Program-made: the position numbers and the translations under genes
Assembly (NCBI GenBank): GCA_020051695.1
Contig: JAGVQM010000026.1
Coordinates: 106,329-170,328 of the forward strand
Source: Candidatus Zixiibacteriota bacterium
GTDB lineage: Bacteria > Zixibacteria > MSB-5A5 > WJJR01 > JAJRUJ01
Direction of reading: 5' to 3'
DNA length: 64,000 nt
The notes under the pieces: generated by a model
The model's database searches: none
Told to the model about the DNA's origin: nothing
Seen by the model: only the letters and a program-made list of their open reading frames with translations
Part shown: positions 53,861-61,828 of the stretch, one piece after another
Position numbering within the stretch: position 1 is the first letter of the stretch
How the letters are laid out: each line of letters opens with the position of its first letter

Positions 53861-55222
53861 TCACTTGTTTGTGTCGGCCAGTGCATCGAGCACCGGCTCC
53901 CCGACCGCGCGCCGCAAGTTCGTTCGGGCCACCTGATAATCACGCATGGCGTTGCTTTTATTCAATCGCGCGGTGGTCAGGGCGAGCATGGCATCACTGA
54001 CTTCGAGTTGTGTGCCCACGCCCTCCTGATACCGCAGATTGGCGATTTCATAGCCGCGCTCGGCTTGCAGCACGGTTTCGGCTTGCGAACCCAGCCGCTC
54101 CTGTGCCTCCAAAAAACTATTTTGTGCGCTCTCCACATCCAGCGTTACCTGCTTGTTCACCGAGCGCTCGCGCAGCCGGGCCTGCACCAGATCGACTTTG
54201 GCCTGGCTGACACCGGAGGAAATGCGCATACCCTCGAAAATGGGGATGCTCAGCGTCAACGTCGCGCTCCAGGCCGGGGTGCGCTGCCAGTGGTTGAATC
54301 CGAGTTGTTCACGATAGGCACTGACCATGTAATTCCCGGATAATTCCAGACTGGGAAAATGATCGGCCCGGGCCACCGCTACCGCCTTTTCGCGCATGCT
54401 GACTTCCAATTCCGCCTGAAGCGGCTCAGGCCGTCGGCTGCGGGCACGGGTAATCAGAACTTCGAGCGTTTCGGTCTCCCACGCGGCGGAATCAGCAACC
54501 GACGGGCTTAACTGCAGCGGCACACCGGCCTCGATCCCCAGCAAATTCCGCAGATTGGTCAAGGCAAGTTTCTGCCCGTTTTCGGCCTGCAAGACCTGCG
54601 GCCGAATGTTGGCCACCTGGACCTCCGCTCGCAACAGGTCGTATTCAGAAATTTGCCCCTGTTCATACTTTTTCTGAACAACATCCCGCGTGTCGATGGC
54701 CAATTCCAGCGACCGGCGGGCCACCTCGACTTGTTGTTCAGCCAGCAGGGCATCGAAATAAGCCGTGGCCACACCCTGCTGCAGGTCCAGCCAGGCCTGC
54801 CGCCGCACCTGTTCGACATATTCGGAATACAGCCGCGCCGCCGCCCAGGCAGGGAACACTCCACCCTGCCAAATCGACTGCGTCGCGGTGAAACCCCAAT
54901 TCGACGCATGTTCGTAGCCGAATTTAAATCGCTCTGTCTGATCGCCAATGGTCACGAATTGTTCGGGGATTTCAAAATTGCGCGTGTAATCCCCGAAAAA
55001 ACGTATCGTCGGCAGGGCTTCGGCCCGTGCCTGCCCCACCTGGGCTTCAGCCCGGACCCGTTCCTCCTCGGCAATGAGGAAAGATTCATTATGCTCAACG
55101 GCACGGACCAAAGACTGATATAATGTCAGGAGCAGGGATTCCTGTGCCGCAACCAGAGGCGCCACGGCCTGGACCATGACAGCAATAAGCACGACCACCA
55201 TTAATTTTGCCGACTGATTCAT
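53861..55222 (-). CDS. TolC-family outer-membrane efflux channel
   Basis: Signal peptide, then two repeats of the coiled-coil/OEP pattern (LTLYQSLVRAVEHNESF...; ...VTLDVESAQNSFLEAQERL...). First gene of the efflux trio. Confidence 0.85.
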   Translation of the reverse strand: MNQSAKLMVVVLIAVMVQAVAPLVAAQESLLLTLYQSLVRAVEHNESFLIAEEERVRAEAQVGQARAEALPTIRFFGDYTRNFEIPEQFVTIGDQTERFKFGYEHASNWGFTATQSIWQGGVFPAWAAARLYSEYVEQVRRQAWLDLQQGVATAYFDALLAEQQVEVARRSLELAIDTRDVVQKKYEQGQISEYDLLRAEVQVANIRPQVLQAENGQKLALTNLRNLLGIEAGVPLQLSPSVADSAAWETETLEVLITRARSRRPEPLQAELEVSMREKAVAVARADHFPSLELSGNYMVSAYREQLGFNHWQRTPAWSATLTLSIPIFEGMRISSGVSQAKVDLVQARLRERSVNKQVTLDVESAQNSFLEAQERLGSQAETVLQAERGYEIANLRYQEGVGTQLEVSDAMLALTTARLNKSNAMRDYQVARTNLRRAVGEPVLDALADTNK

Positions 55223-55349
55223 GTTAACCAATTGTCCCTGAATTGATTATTCGCCTAAGAGCCCGGATTTCGGACGTCATATCGCCCTTTTATATATATG
55301 GCCTTTTTACGCAGATTCCTCCGCCGGGGTTGTCAAATTAAAGGGGATG

Positions 55350-56312
55350 TTAAAACCACTTTTGTTTCTTGAAGAAAAACAGCATCCCCCCCACGATCAG
55401 GACAATAATTCCCCACACGAATGCGTACCCGAAATTCCATTCAAATTCGGGCATCTTCAGGTTCATGCCATATAACCCCACGACAAAAGTGAGGGGAAGC
55501 ATAATTGCGGAGAAGATTGTCAGAATTTTGATGATCTCGTTGGTTTTCGAGGACACCGTGGAGAAATAGACTTCCAGGGCGGCAGTCAGTGTGTCGCGAT
55601 AGGAATCGACGAGATCGTTGACACGGTTAAGGTGGTCGAAGATGTCCCGGAAATACATGTTGGTTTCCGGGTCGAGCAGCCGGAAATGTTCCCGCGACAG
55701 ACGATTCAGGATCTCACGCTGCGGCGTGATCATCCGCTTGACCGCGGCCAGGTCCCGCTTCAAGTTGAAGATATTTTTCATCACCGATTCGTCCGGCTCG
55801 TCAAACACCTCATCTTCCACGAGATCAACGGCGTCCTCCAGCCCCTCCATGGTAGCATTGTAATGGTCGGCCAGGTAATCGACGATCGCGTGGAATAAAA
55901 ATGCCGGTCCGCGGGAGAAGACGCGGTCGTCCCGTCTGCATTTTTCCACAATGATACTCAGCGGACTGACCGGTTCGCGGTGGACAGTCACCACGCCGTT
56001 TTTCATCAAAAAAATGTCTATTTCCTTGGTATTCAAGCCCATCGCCGGTTCATAATCGGCGATTTTGAATACCAAAAAGATATAATCCTCGTACACGTCG
56101 ATTTTGGGCGTGGGAACCTCAGTGATTACGTCTTCGATGGACAAGGGATGGAACTTGAAATCATGGGTCAGGACATACGACTCTGCGTCCGTCGGGGACT
56201 GCATATCTACCCAGAACACAAGGTCCTGTTCGCCGAGGAATTCCGCGAAATCAACAATGCCCTCGTGCTTGGTGATCCCCGTCTCCGGGCGGTATGAGTA
56301 TGTCGTAATCAT
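55350..56312 (-). CDS. corA: CorA-family magnesium/cobalt transporter
   Basis: C-terminal two TM helices with the GLYGMN signature (FVVGLYGMNLKMPE). 320 aa. Confidence 0.9.
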   Translation of the reverse strand: MITTYSYRPETGITKHEGIVDFAEFLGEQDLVFWVDMQSPTDAESYVLTHDFKFHPLSIEDVITEVPTPKIDVYEDYIFLVFKIADYEPAMGLNTKEIDIFLMKNGVVTVHREPVSPLSIIVEKCRRDDRVFSRGPAFLFHAIVDYLADHYNATMEGLEDAVDLVEDEVFDEPDESVMKNIFNLKRDLAAVKRMITPQREILNRLSREHFRLLDPETNMYFRDIFDHLNRVNDLVDSYRDTLTAALEVYFSTVSSKTNEIIKILTIFSAIMLPLTFVVGLYGMNLKMPEFEWNFGYAFVWGIIVLIVGGMLFFFKKQKWF

Positions 56313-56532
56313 CGCTTTTCACCAGACCAGACCGGCCACCGGCCGGGCATAAAGAGTCTATTTAATAACACGGCGCCGCCAACGGCAAACTAATTTAATA
56401 CCTCAACCATCCTGAAATGGGGATAACGGGAATAACTTCCCCCATTCTAATTGAATTTTCGGCCAAAAAGGGCATTGACAAAACGGGCAATTCCCGGATA
56501 TTTGACCGGGGAATGGAAGCGGAGACATAGAC

Positions 56533-57468
56533 TTGAAGTTAGCCATAGGTTTTTTGTTCTGTGGACTGGTCCTGGTCGTCGGCCTGCCGGTTGCAGCCGA
56601 GGACGCTGCATCCGGGGGCAGTAGTCCAGGTTCTGCTATCGCCGTTTCGGACGCAGACCGGGTCCTAATTGCGTCCGGGAAAGCGGTGTCTTCGATGCCG
56701 CCATCGTTTATTTCCCGGGCGGTTGCTCCCGCCCACGGCCCGGTCTCCTCCCGTCTGGCTTTGTGGGGCGGCCTGTCGTTGGCGCAGGGATTATTGGCTT
56801 ATCAGAAGACGATTGAAATCTGGGGCAAACCAACCGGCGAATTCCACATCAAAAACGATCTTGCCGGTGACTACCTGGCACTTAGCGACGAAATCAGCCA
56901 TCTGCTCATTTCCTATAAGCTGGCCCAGTTAACCCGACAGGGATTTCGCTGGAGCGGCTTATCCCCGGCCGCCGCCGCACGCGCGGGGGCGCTACAGGCG
57001 GCCGTATACATGGTATTTGTTGAATTCCCGATGGACGCCTATAACCCGGACCAGGGATTCGGACTGTCCGATATACTTGCCGATTTTGCCGGGGTTGGTC
57101 TGGCCTGGTATCGGGCGGGGGTGAAAAACCCCCGCTGGGACCTGAAAGTATCGGTCAAATCGCAGTTTTTCGCGGGGAACAGTCGCCTTTTGGCCCACAA
57201 CAGCAAGCAATACGACGATTTTATTTATTGGCTAACCTATCGCATCTCGGATAACCGCTACAATCCGCTGGTCGTCGGCCTGGGGTATTCCACGCATCAC
57301 CCCCCCGGCACCCCGCCGGAATCCATCCCCGTGGACAAGCAAATCTATTTTCGCCTCGGCACTTCCCTGTCCGAAATCGGCAGGATGTTCGGCCGAACCG
57401 CCGAACGTCTGCTCTCTCCCGCGGAATTGTATTTCTTTGGTGTCGGACCGCAAACCGGTTGGAGATAG
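56533..57468 (+). CDS. hypothetical exported protein (possibly DUF2279-like)
   Basis: TTG start with GGAG 9 nt upstream. Signal peptide MKLAIGFLFCGLVLVVGLPVAA. The family is not securely recognised. Confidence 0.45.
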   Translation: MKLAIGFLFCGLVLVVGLPVAAEDAASGGSSPGSAIAVSDADRVLIASGKAVSSMPPSFISRAVAPAHGPVSSRLALWGGLSLAQGLLAYQKTIEIWGKPTGEFHIKNDLAGDYLALSDEISHLLISYKLAQLTRQGFRWSGLSPAAAARAGALQAAVYMVFVEFPMDAYNPDQGFGLSDILADFAGVGLAWYRAGVKNPRWDLKVSVKSQFFAGNSRLLAHNSKQYDDFIYWLTYRISDNRYNPLVVGLGYSTHHPPGTPPESIPVDKQIYFRLGTSLSEIGRMFGRTAERLLSPAELYFFGVGPQTGWR

Positions 57469-57565
57469 GCAACCGCGACCATCGACTTGCGTATGGCAAT
57501 CAGGAAACATTGGTGTCGACCCGGCAAAGACGACTATTCTTATAAACGACAGCGGGGGCCCGCGA

Positions 57566-58921
57566 ATGACGACTGAGTTAGAGCCGGACGCTTCTTCTGC
57601 CCAGTTCACCGGTGGTGAGATCCGACCCACATTTGCCCCGGTCGCCGCCGCGGACCGGGTCGGCAGTGTCGATGTCCTGCGCGGAACGGCGCTGCTGGGC
57701 ATCCTGGCGATGAATATCTACGCCTTTGCATTGCCCTGGGTCGCTTACAATAACCCGCTGGCGTACGGCACGGCAACCGGGATTCACTTCGGGACCTGGG
57801 TTTTTACGCATTTGTTATTCGACTTGAAATTCATGACGATTTTTTCGATGCTGTTCGGCGCCGGTTTGGTGTTGATGAACCAACGGGCCGAGAGTACAGG
57901 CCGAAAATTCAGGGGAATTTACTACCGCCGGATGCTGTGGCTGCTGTTAATCGGCGCATGTCACGCCTATTTCCTCTGGTATGGCGATATCCTTTTCCCC
58001 TATGCGATTTGCGGGTTGTTATTGTATCCCCTGCGCCGCCGCTCCCCCAAATTGCTGATCGCCCTCGGGGCGATCGCTTTATTCCTGGGGATGGCAATTC
58101 AGCTTGGCGGCGGGTTCTTTTTCGTTCAGGCCCGGCTGCAGGCGGCGGAAGCGGATGCAATCATCGCCACCGGCGGGACGCCGACCGAAATGCAAACTGA
58201 AATGAAACAAGCCTGGGAGAAAATGCGCGAGTCTTTCGCTCCGCCTCCGGAAAAACTGGCCGAAGAGGTCAATGCGTTCCGTGGCAGTTATGCCGAGAAT
58301 ATCAGATTTCGCGCCCCGATTGTCGTGATGATGCACACGCAGGCCATGGTATTCATGATGTTCTGGCGCATCGCCGGCGTCATGCTTCTGGGCATGGGCT
58401 TGATGAAACTCGGTGTATTTGCCGCGGAGCGTTCACGAAGTTTTTATCTTTATTCGATAATCTTTGGGTATGGCCTTGGGCTGTCGCTGATTGCTGTCGG
58501 CATAACCCGGAATCTCGCCCATGATTTCGATTTCGTCTTCGGTTTCAAACTCGGCAATCATTTCAATTATGTCGGCAGCATTCTTGTCGCGCTGGGGCAC
58601 GTCGGCGTGGTGATGCTCGCCTGCAAGTCGGGGATTCTCTCCGGTTTGCGGCGACGCCTGGCCGCGGTAGGGCAAATGGCACTGACCAATTACCTGTCGC
58701 ATACTCTTCTTTTGACGCCGATATTCTATGGTTTCGGCCTGGGGTTATTTGGCAGTCTTGATCGATTCTGGCTGATGTTTTTCGTTCTGGGCGTGTGGCT
58801 CCTGCAACTAATCATCAGCCCCATCTGGCTGAGGCATTTCCGTTTCGGCCCGGCGGAATGGGCCTGGCGGTCGTTGACGTATTGGAAGAGGCAGCCGCTG
58901 CGGATTACCGCGACGGATTGA
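57566..58921 (+). CDS. DUF418/YeiB-family polytopic membrane protein
   Basis: RVGSVDVLRGTALLGILAMNIYAFALP..., many TM helices, and C-terminal GPAEWAWRSLTYWKRQP as in YeiB-like proteins. I prefer ATG 57566 over the track start. Confidence 0.7.
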   Translation: MTTELEPDASSAQFTGGEIRPTFAPVAAADRVGSVDVLRGTALLGILAMNIYAFALPWVAYNNPLAYGTATGIHFGTWVFTHLLFDLKFMTIFSMLFGAGLVLMNQRAESTGRKFRGIYYRRMLWLLLIGACHAYFLWYGDILFPYAICGLLLYPLRRRSPKLLIALGAIALFLGMAIQLGGGFFFVQARLQAAEADAIIATGGTPTEMQTEMKQAWEKMRESFAPPPEKLAEEVNAFRGSYAENIRFRAPIVVMMHTQAMVFMMFWRIAGVMLLGMGLMKLGVFAAERSRSFYLYSIIFGYGLGLSLIAVGITRNLAHDFDFVFGFKLGNHFNYVGSILVALGHVGVVMLACKSGILSGLRRRLAAVGQMALTNYLSHTLLLTPIFYGFGLGLFGSLDRFWLMFFVLGVWLLQLIISPIWLRHFRFGPAEWAWRSLTYWKRQPLRITATD

Positions 58922-58930
58922 GGGATTAAC

Positions 58931-58959
58931 ATGAAAACGGCGGACGTCGCTGTCTGCCG
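58931..58959 (-). terminator. intrinsic terminator after the pilV-pilW-pilX operon
   Basis: The minus strand reads CGGCAGAC-agcgac-GTCCGCCG followed by TTTTCAT. It lies between convergent genes. Confidence 0.45.
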
Positions 58960-59006
58960 CTTAATACATACTTCTGCCCGAGGCGACTGACCTACCCCGG
59001 TCGACC

Positions 59007-60152
59007 CTAGATTTCCCGCCACGAGACTTTATCGAATATCCCCGGGAATTTTATTTTGCGCAGTGAGCGATCATAGTGGAATTGTGAACCGCCGGCGTCA
59101 TGCACGGTATTGGTAATAAATGATCCATACAGGTTGGCCTGCCCGGTCATGTGAAAATCCATTTCCGGGGCGTAAATGGCCGCGTTGATTTCGCTGTGCG
59201 CGGCGAATTTCCAGTCCTGATCCGAACCAAAGATCAACAAATCGCCGGGCGCTCCACCTGCGTTCACCGTGGCAAATGATTCGAGTTCGACACCGCCGCC
59301 GACGTAAATCGTCACGGTGGCGCCTGGCGCCAGTTCAATGCTCCCGCGCACCTGGATATCATTGAAATAATACGTGCCGCTGCTGAGAATCAAGGTTTTG
59401 TGCGGCTGGATCTGCAGATTGTATGTTGCCGGATCATAGTTGTAATCCCCGGTAAATCCCGCGGGAGCGGCCGTGTGAGCAATGGCATCATCATATTCCG
59501 ATTGCGGGATGGGAGGATAATGAATTTCCGGCGCAATTGTCGAAGTATCGCCGGTGACGCGCGCGCCGCCGACAATGTCCAATTCGCCGGGTTCCGACGT
59601 CCCCGCATTGCCGTAGACGTCGGCGTTGCCGCAAATCATCACATGCCCATTGCTGCCGACGTCTCCCCCGGCCAGCAGGCGCGTTGCGGCATAGCTGCCC
59701 GAATCGGAATTCCACGAATCGGTCAGGCTTCCCCCACAGATAGTCAGCCAGTCGTCACCGTGGGCGCCCCAGTCAAAGGGTTGACGTGGGGCGAGCTTGA
59801 GCTCCAGACTGGTGGTGGCTGCGCCGCGTTGTCCGGTTGAGATAATTACGATGCTGTCACGAAGGATGATTGTATCATTGCTGTCCCGCAAGGTTACAGT
59901 AAACATGCCGCCGCCGTAAGTGTAATCGGTGAACCCTTCCCGCCAGTCAAGCGAATCACGCAAGACGCCGATCGCCAATTCGGCCCCGGCCTCGGCGATG
60001 TAGAATGATTTCATATCACGCTGATAATTGTCCGAGATGTCCATTTCAGTATTTGATGTCTGCACCGCGGCGACGCCGATAAGTCCCAGCATCAACAGGA
60101 CCAGCAGTGAAATTACCATTACACTGCCGCGATTATTCCGGATATTGCTCAT
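59007..60152 (-). CDS. PilX-N-terminal-domain minor pilin-like protein with large C-terminal extension
   Basis: MSNIRNNRGSVMVISLLVLLMLGLIGVAAVQTSNTEMDISDNYQRDMKSFYIAEAGAE has the PilX-type N-terminus. About 300 further aa are rich in G/D/N turns (GDVGSNGHVMICGNADVYGNAG...). Confidence 0.65.
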   Translation of the reverse strand: MSNIRNNRGSVMVISLLVLLMLGLIGVAAVQTSNTEMDISDNYQRDMKSFYIAEAGAELAIGVLRDSLDWREGFTDYTYGGGMFTVTLRDSNDTIILRDSIVIISTGQRGAATTSLELKLAPRQPFDWGAHGDDWLTICGGSLTDSWNSDSGSYAATRLLAGGDVGSNGHVMICGNADVYGNAGTSEPGELDIVGGARVTGDTSTIAPEIHYPPIPQSEYDDAIAHTAAPAGFTGDYNYDPATYNLQIQPHKTLILSSGTYYFNDIQVRGSIELAPGATVTIYVGGGVELESFATVNAGGAPGDLLIFGSDQDWKFAAHSEINAAIYAPEMDFHMTGQANLYGSFITNTVHDAGGSQFHYDRSLRKIKFPGIFDKVSWREI

Positions 60153-60173
60153 GGCTTGTCCCCTTATGATAAT

Positions 60174-60713
60174 TTATAAACCGATATTCCTGACCCGAAC
60201 ACGGGAGGTCAGCTCCCGCCGCCGGTACTCATCCTCGCCCATTGTTTCGGTATCCGCTTTCTGTGAACGGGATATAATGCCAATCTCCAACAGTGACGCA
60301 GTCAAACGATTGACGGTAAGCGCCTCAACGTCTTCGGCAAATATCTCCGGCGTTTGCTGATCCAGCTGACGGACGAGACAGGGACTTGTCTCCTCATCTC
60401 CCTGAATATAGAAGAGAATTGTATCTACGTCCGCGCCGTTGTCGAAATACACCACCAAACTATTGTTGCCAATTCGATAAGCCGGGTGACCGCCGTTTAG
60501 ACCGTATCCTGCCATACGAACTGTCCCACAAATTTCATCAAGACACGCACGGGCATTTTGCTGAAGATCGGCAACTTCGCTCTGGGCCAGCCACACTTTG
60601 TGTTCAGTCAGATAGAAATGCAGCGCCGCTCCGGCGACTATAACCGACAAAAAAGAGGCGACGAGCAATTCCAACAGGGTGAGTCCCCGCTCGTTTTTCA
60701 AATACTTATGCAT
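60174..60713 (-). CDS. type IV minor pilin, PilW-like (prepilin-type N-terminal methylation motif)
   Basis: MHKYLKNERGLTLLELLVASFLSVIVAGAAL has the class III signal (G|LTLLE). Confidence 0.7.
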   Translation of the reverse strand: MHKYLKNERGLTLLELLVASFLSVIVAGAALHFYLTEHKVWLAQSEVADLQQNARACLDEICGTVRMAGYGLNGGHPAYRIGNNSLVVYFDNGADVDTILFYIQGDEETSPCLVRQLDQQTPEIFAEDVEALTVNRLTASLLEIGIISRSQKADTETMGEDEYRRRELTSRVRVRNIGL

Positions 60714-60729
60714 CGGTCATCACTCCTGC

Positions 60730-61140
60730 CTACGGTTTGCTGGCATATGTGGAAAACTCCATGTTGCGACTGACGTTGGCATCATCGTACCAATAGACGA
60801 GCACCTTTATCTCATATACATTGTTGGGAACTGAGGGGTCCGTGGTATTGTCATTGACGTAGGTCATGATCGCATACCGTCCGTTATATTCTGTCGTGTA
60901 ATTCACGTACGGCATTGTCGCGAAAGTCCCCTGCGCGATCTGATTCTCGATTTCCAGTTGCGCCTCGGTCGCCAGGGAGGTCACCCGGTTCGAATGCTGG
61001 TTGCCGGTGATCGACAGGACGAACATTGGGGCCATCGCCAGGATGCCCAGGGTCAGCAACACCATTGAAGCCAGGACTTCGATGAGGGTCAGGCCCGCCT
61101 CACCCTTTCGCGTGGCCGTCCGTTTCATCATGTATTTCAT
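60730..61140 (-). CDS. type IV minor pilin, PilV-like
   Basis: ATG 61140 is preceded by AGGAG. MKYMMKRTATRKGEAGLTLIEVLASMVLLTLGILAMAPM. The 136-aa length is typical of PilV. Confidence 0.7.
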   Translation of the reverse strand: MKYMMKRTATRKGEAGLTLIEVLASMVLLTLGILAMAPMFVLSITGNQHSNRVTSLATEAQLEIENQIAQGTFATMPYVNYTTEYNGRYAIMTYVNDNTTDPSVPNNVYEIKVLVYWYDDANVSRNMEFSTYASKP

Positions 61141-61401
61141 CCTCAGTACTCCTTTCGATCCGTGACAACTCCTCCCCGCCTCAAGGCAAGCGGCATGCCG
61201 CATCTGAAAGGTTAAGCGGGGGCTGTTAAGTGCAATCCCTATAATGCCATACAATATAAATCCCCACAATTATTGTGATGATATATTGGTTATTTTGGGG
61301 AATTGAAGGGATTATTCACCAACACTATGGTGAGTATCCCATATTCTCCGCGAGGTCGCGCAAAATTCGGAGAGGGGAACAGAACAGCGAGACCCGGAAG
61401 A

Positions 61402-61749
61402 CTAGGGCGCGATGACCCGATCGCAATTCAGCAGGGATTGCACCGTCGTGTTCATATCAGTGGGAGAACCGATGGCCAATTCACCCAGACGACCATAGTA
61501 CTCCAGACAGGTGCGGCACGAAAGGATTTCCACCCCCGCATCGGCGTACTGTTGCAGCACGTCGGCCACGGGAGAACCGTGAGTGGTCAGGAAAATGCCG
61601 CTATTCAGGCAAATCACGCGGGCGGGAAGTGTCCCGGATTGCAGGAGCGCGGTTAAAAAATTGCGCAGTAGTTTTTCACCAAGGTCCGGTTCACCGTCCC
61701 CCAGCATCGAGGATTTGAGGACGACTGCCAGATCTTTGTCCAGTGCCAT
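61402..61749 (-). CDS. DsrE-like protein equivalent to the C-terminal half of selenium-metabolism protein YedF
   Basis: 115 aa. VVLKSSMLGDGEPDLGEKLLRNFLTALLQSGTLPARVICLNSGIFLTT...AGVEILSCRTCLEYYGRLGELAIGSPTDMNTTVQSLLNCDRVI closely follows the pattern I recall for the YedF-type DsrE domain. Confidence 0.55.
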   Translation of the reverse strand: MALDKDLAVVLKSSMLGDGEPDLGEKLLRNFLTALLQSGTLPARVICLNSGIFLTTHGSPVADVLQQYADAGVEILSCRTCLEYYGRLGELAIGSPTDMNTTVQSLLNCDRVIAP

Positions 61750-61828
61750 GATGCCATCTCCAGCAAATAGGGCGGATATAATCCGCTCTGTTGAAGAGGA
61801 AATTCCAGCGCATAAACAGCACAGGTTG

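Noticed and set aside
56313-56480. Possible Mg2+ (M-box) riboswitch in the corA leader
   Set aside because: I could not find the conserved M-box core strings or its multi-helix layout in the roughly 170-nt leader. Only short local hairpins are present.
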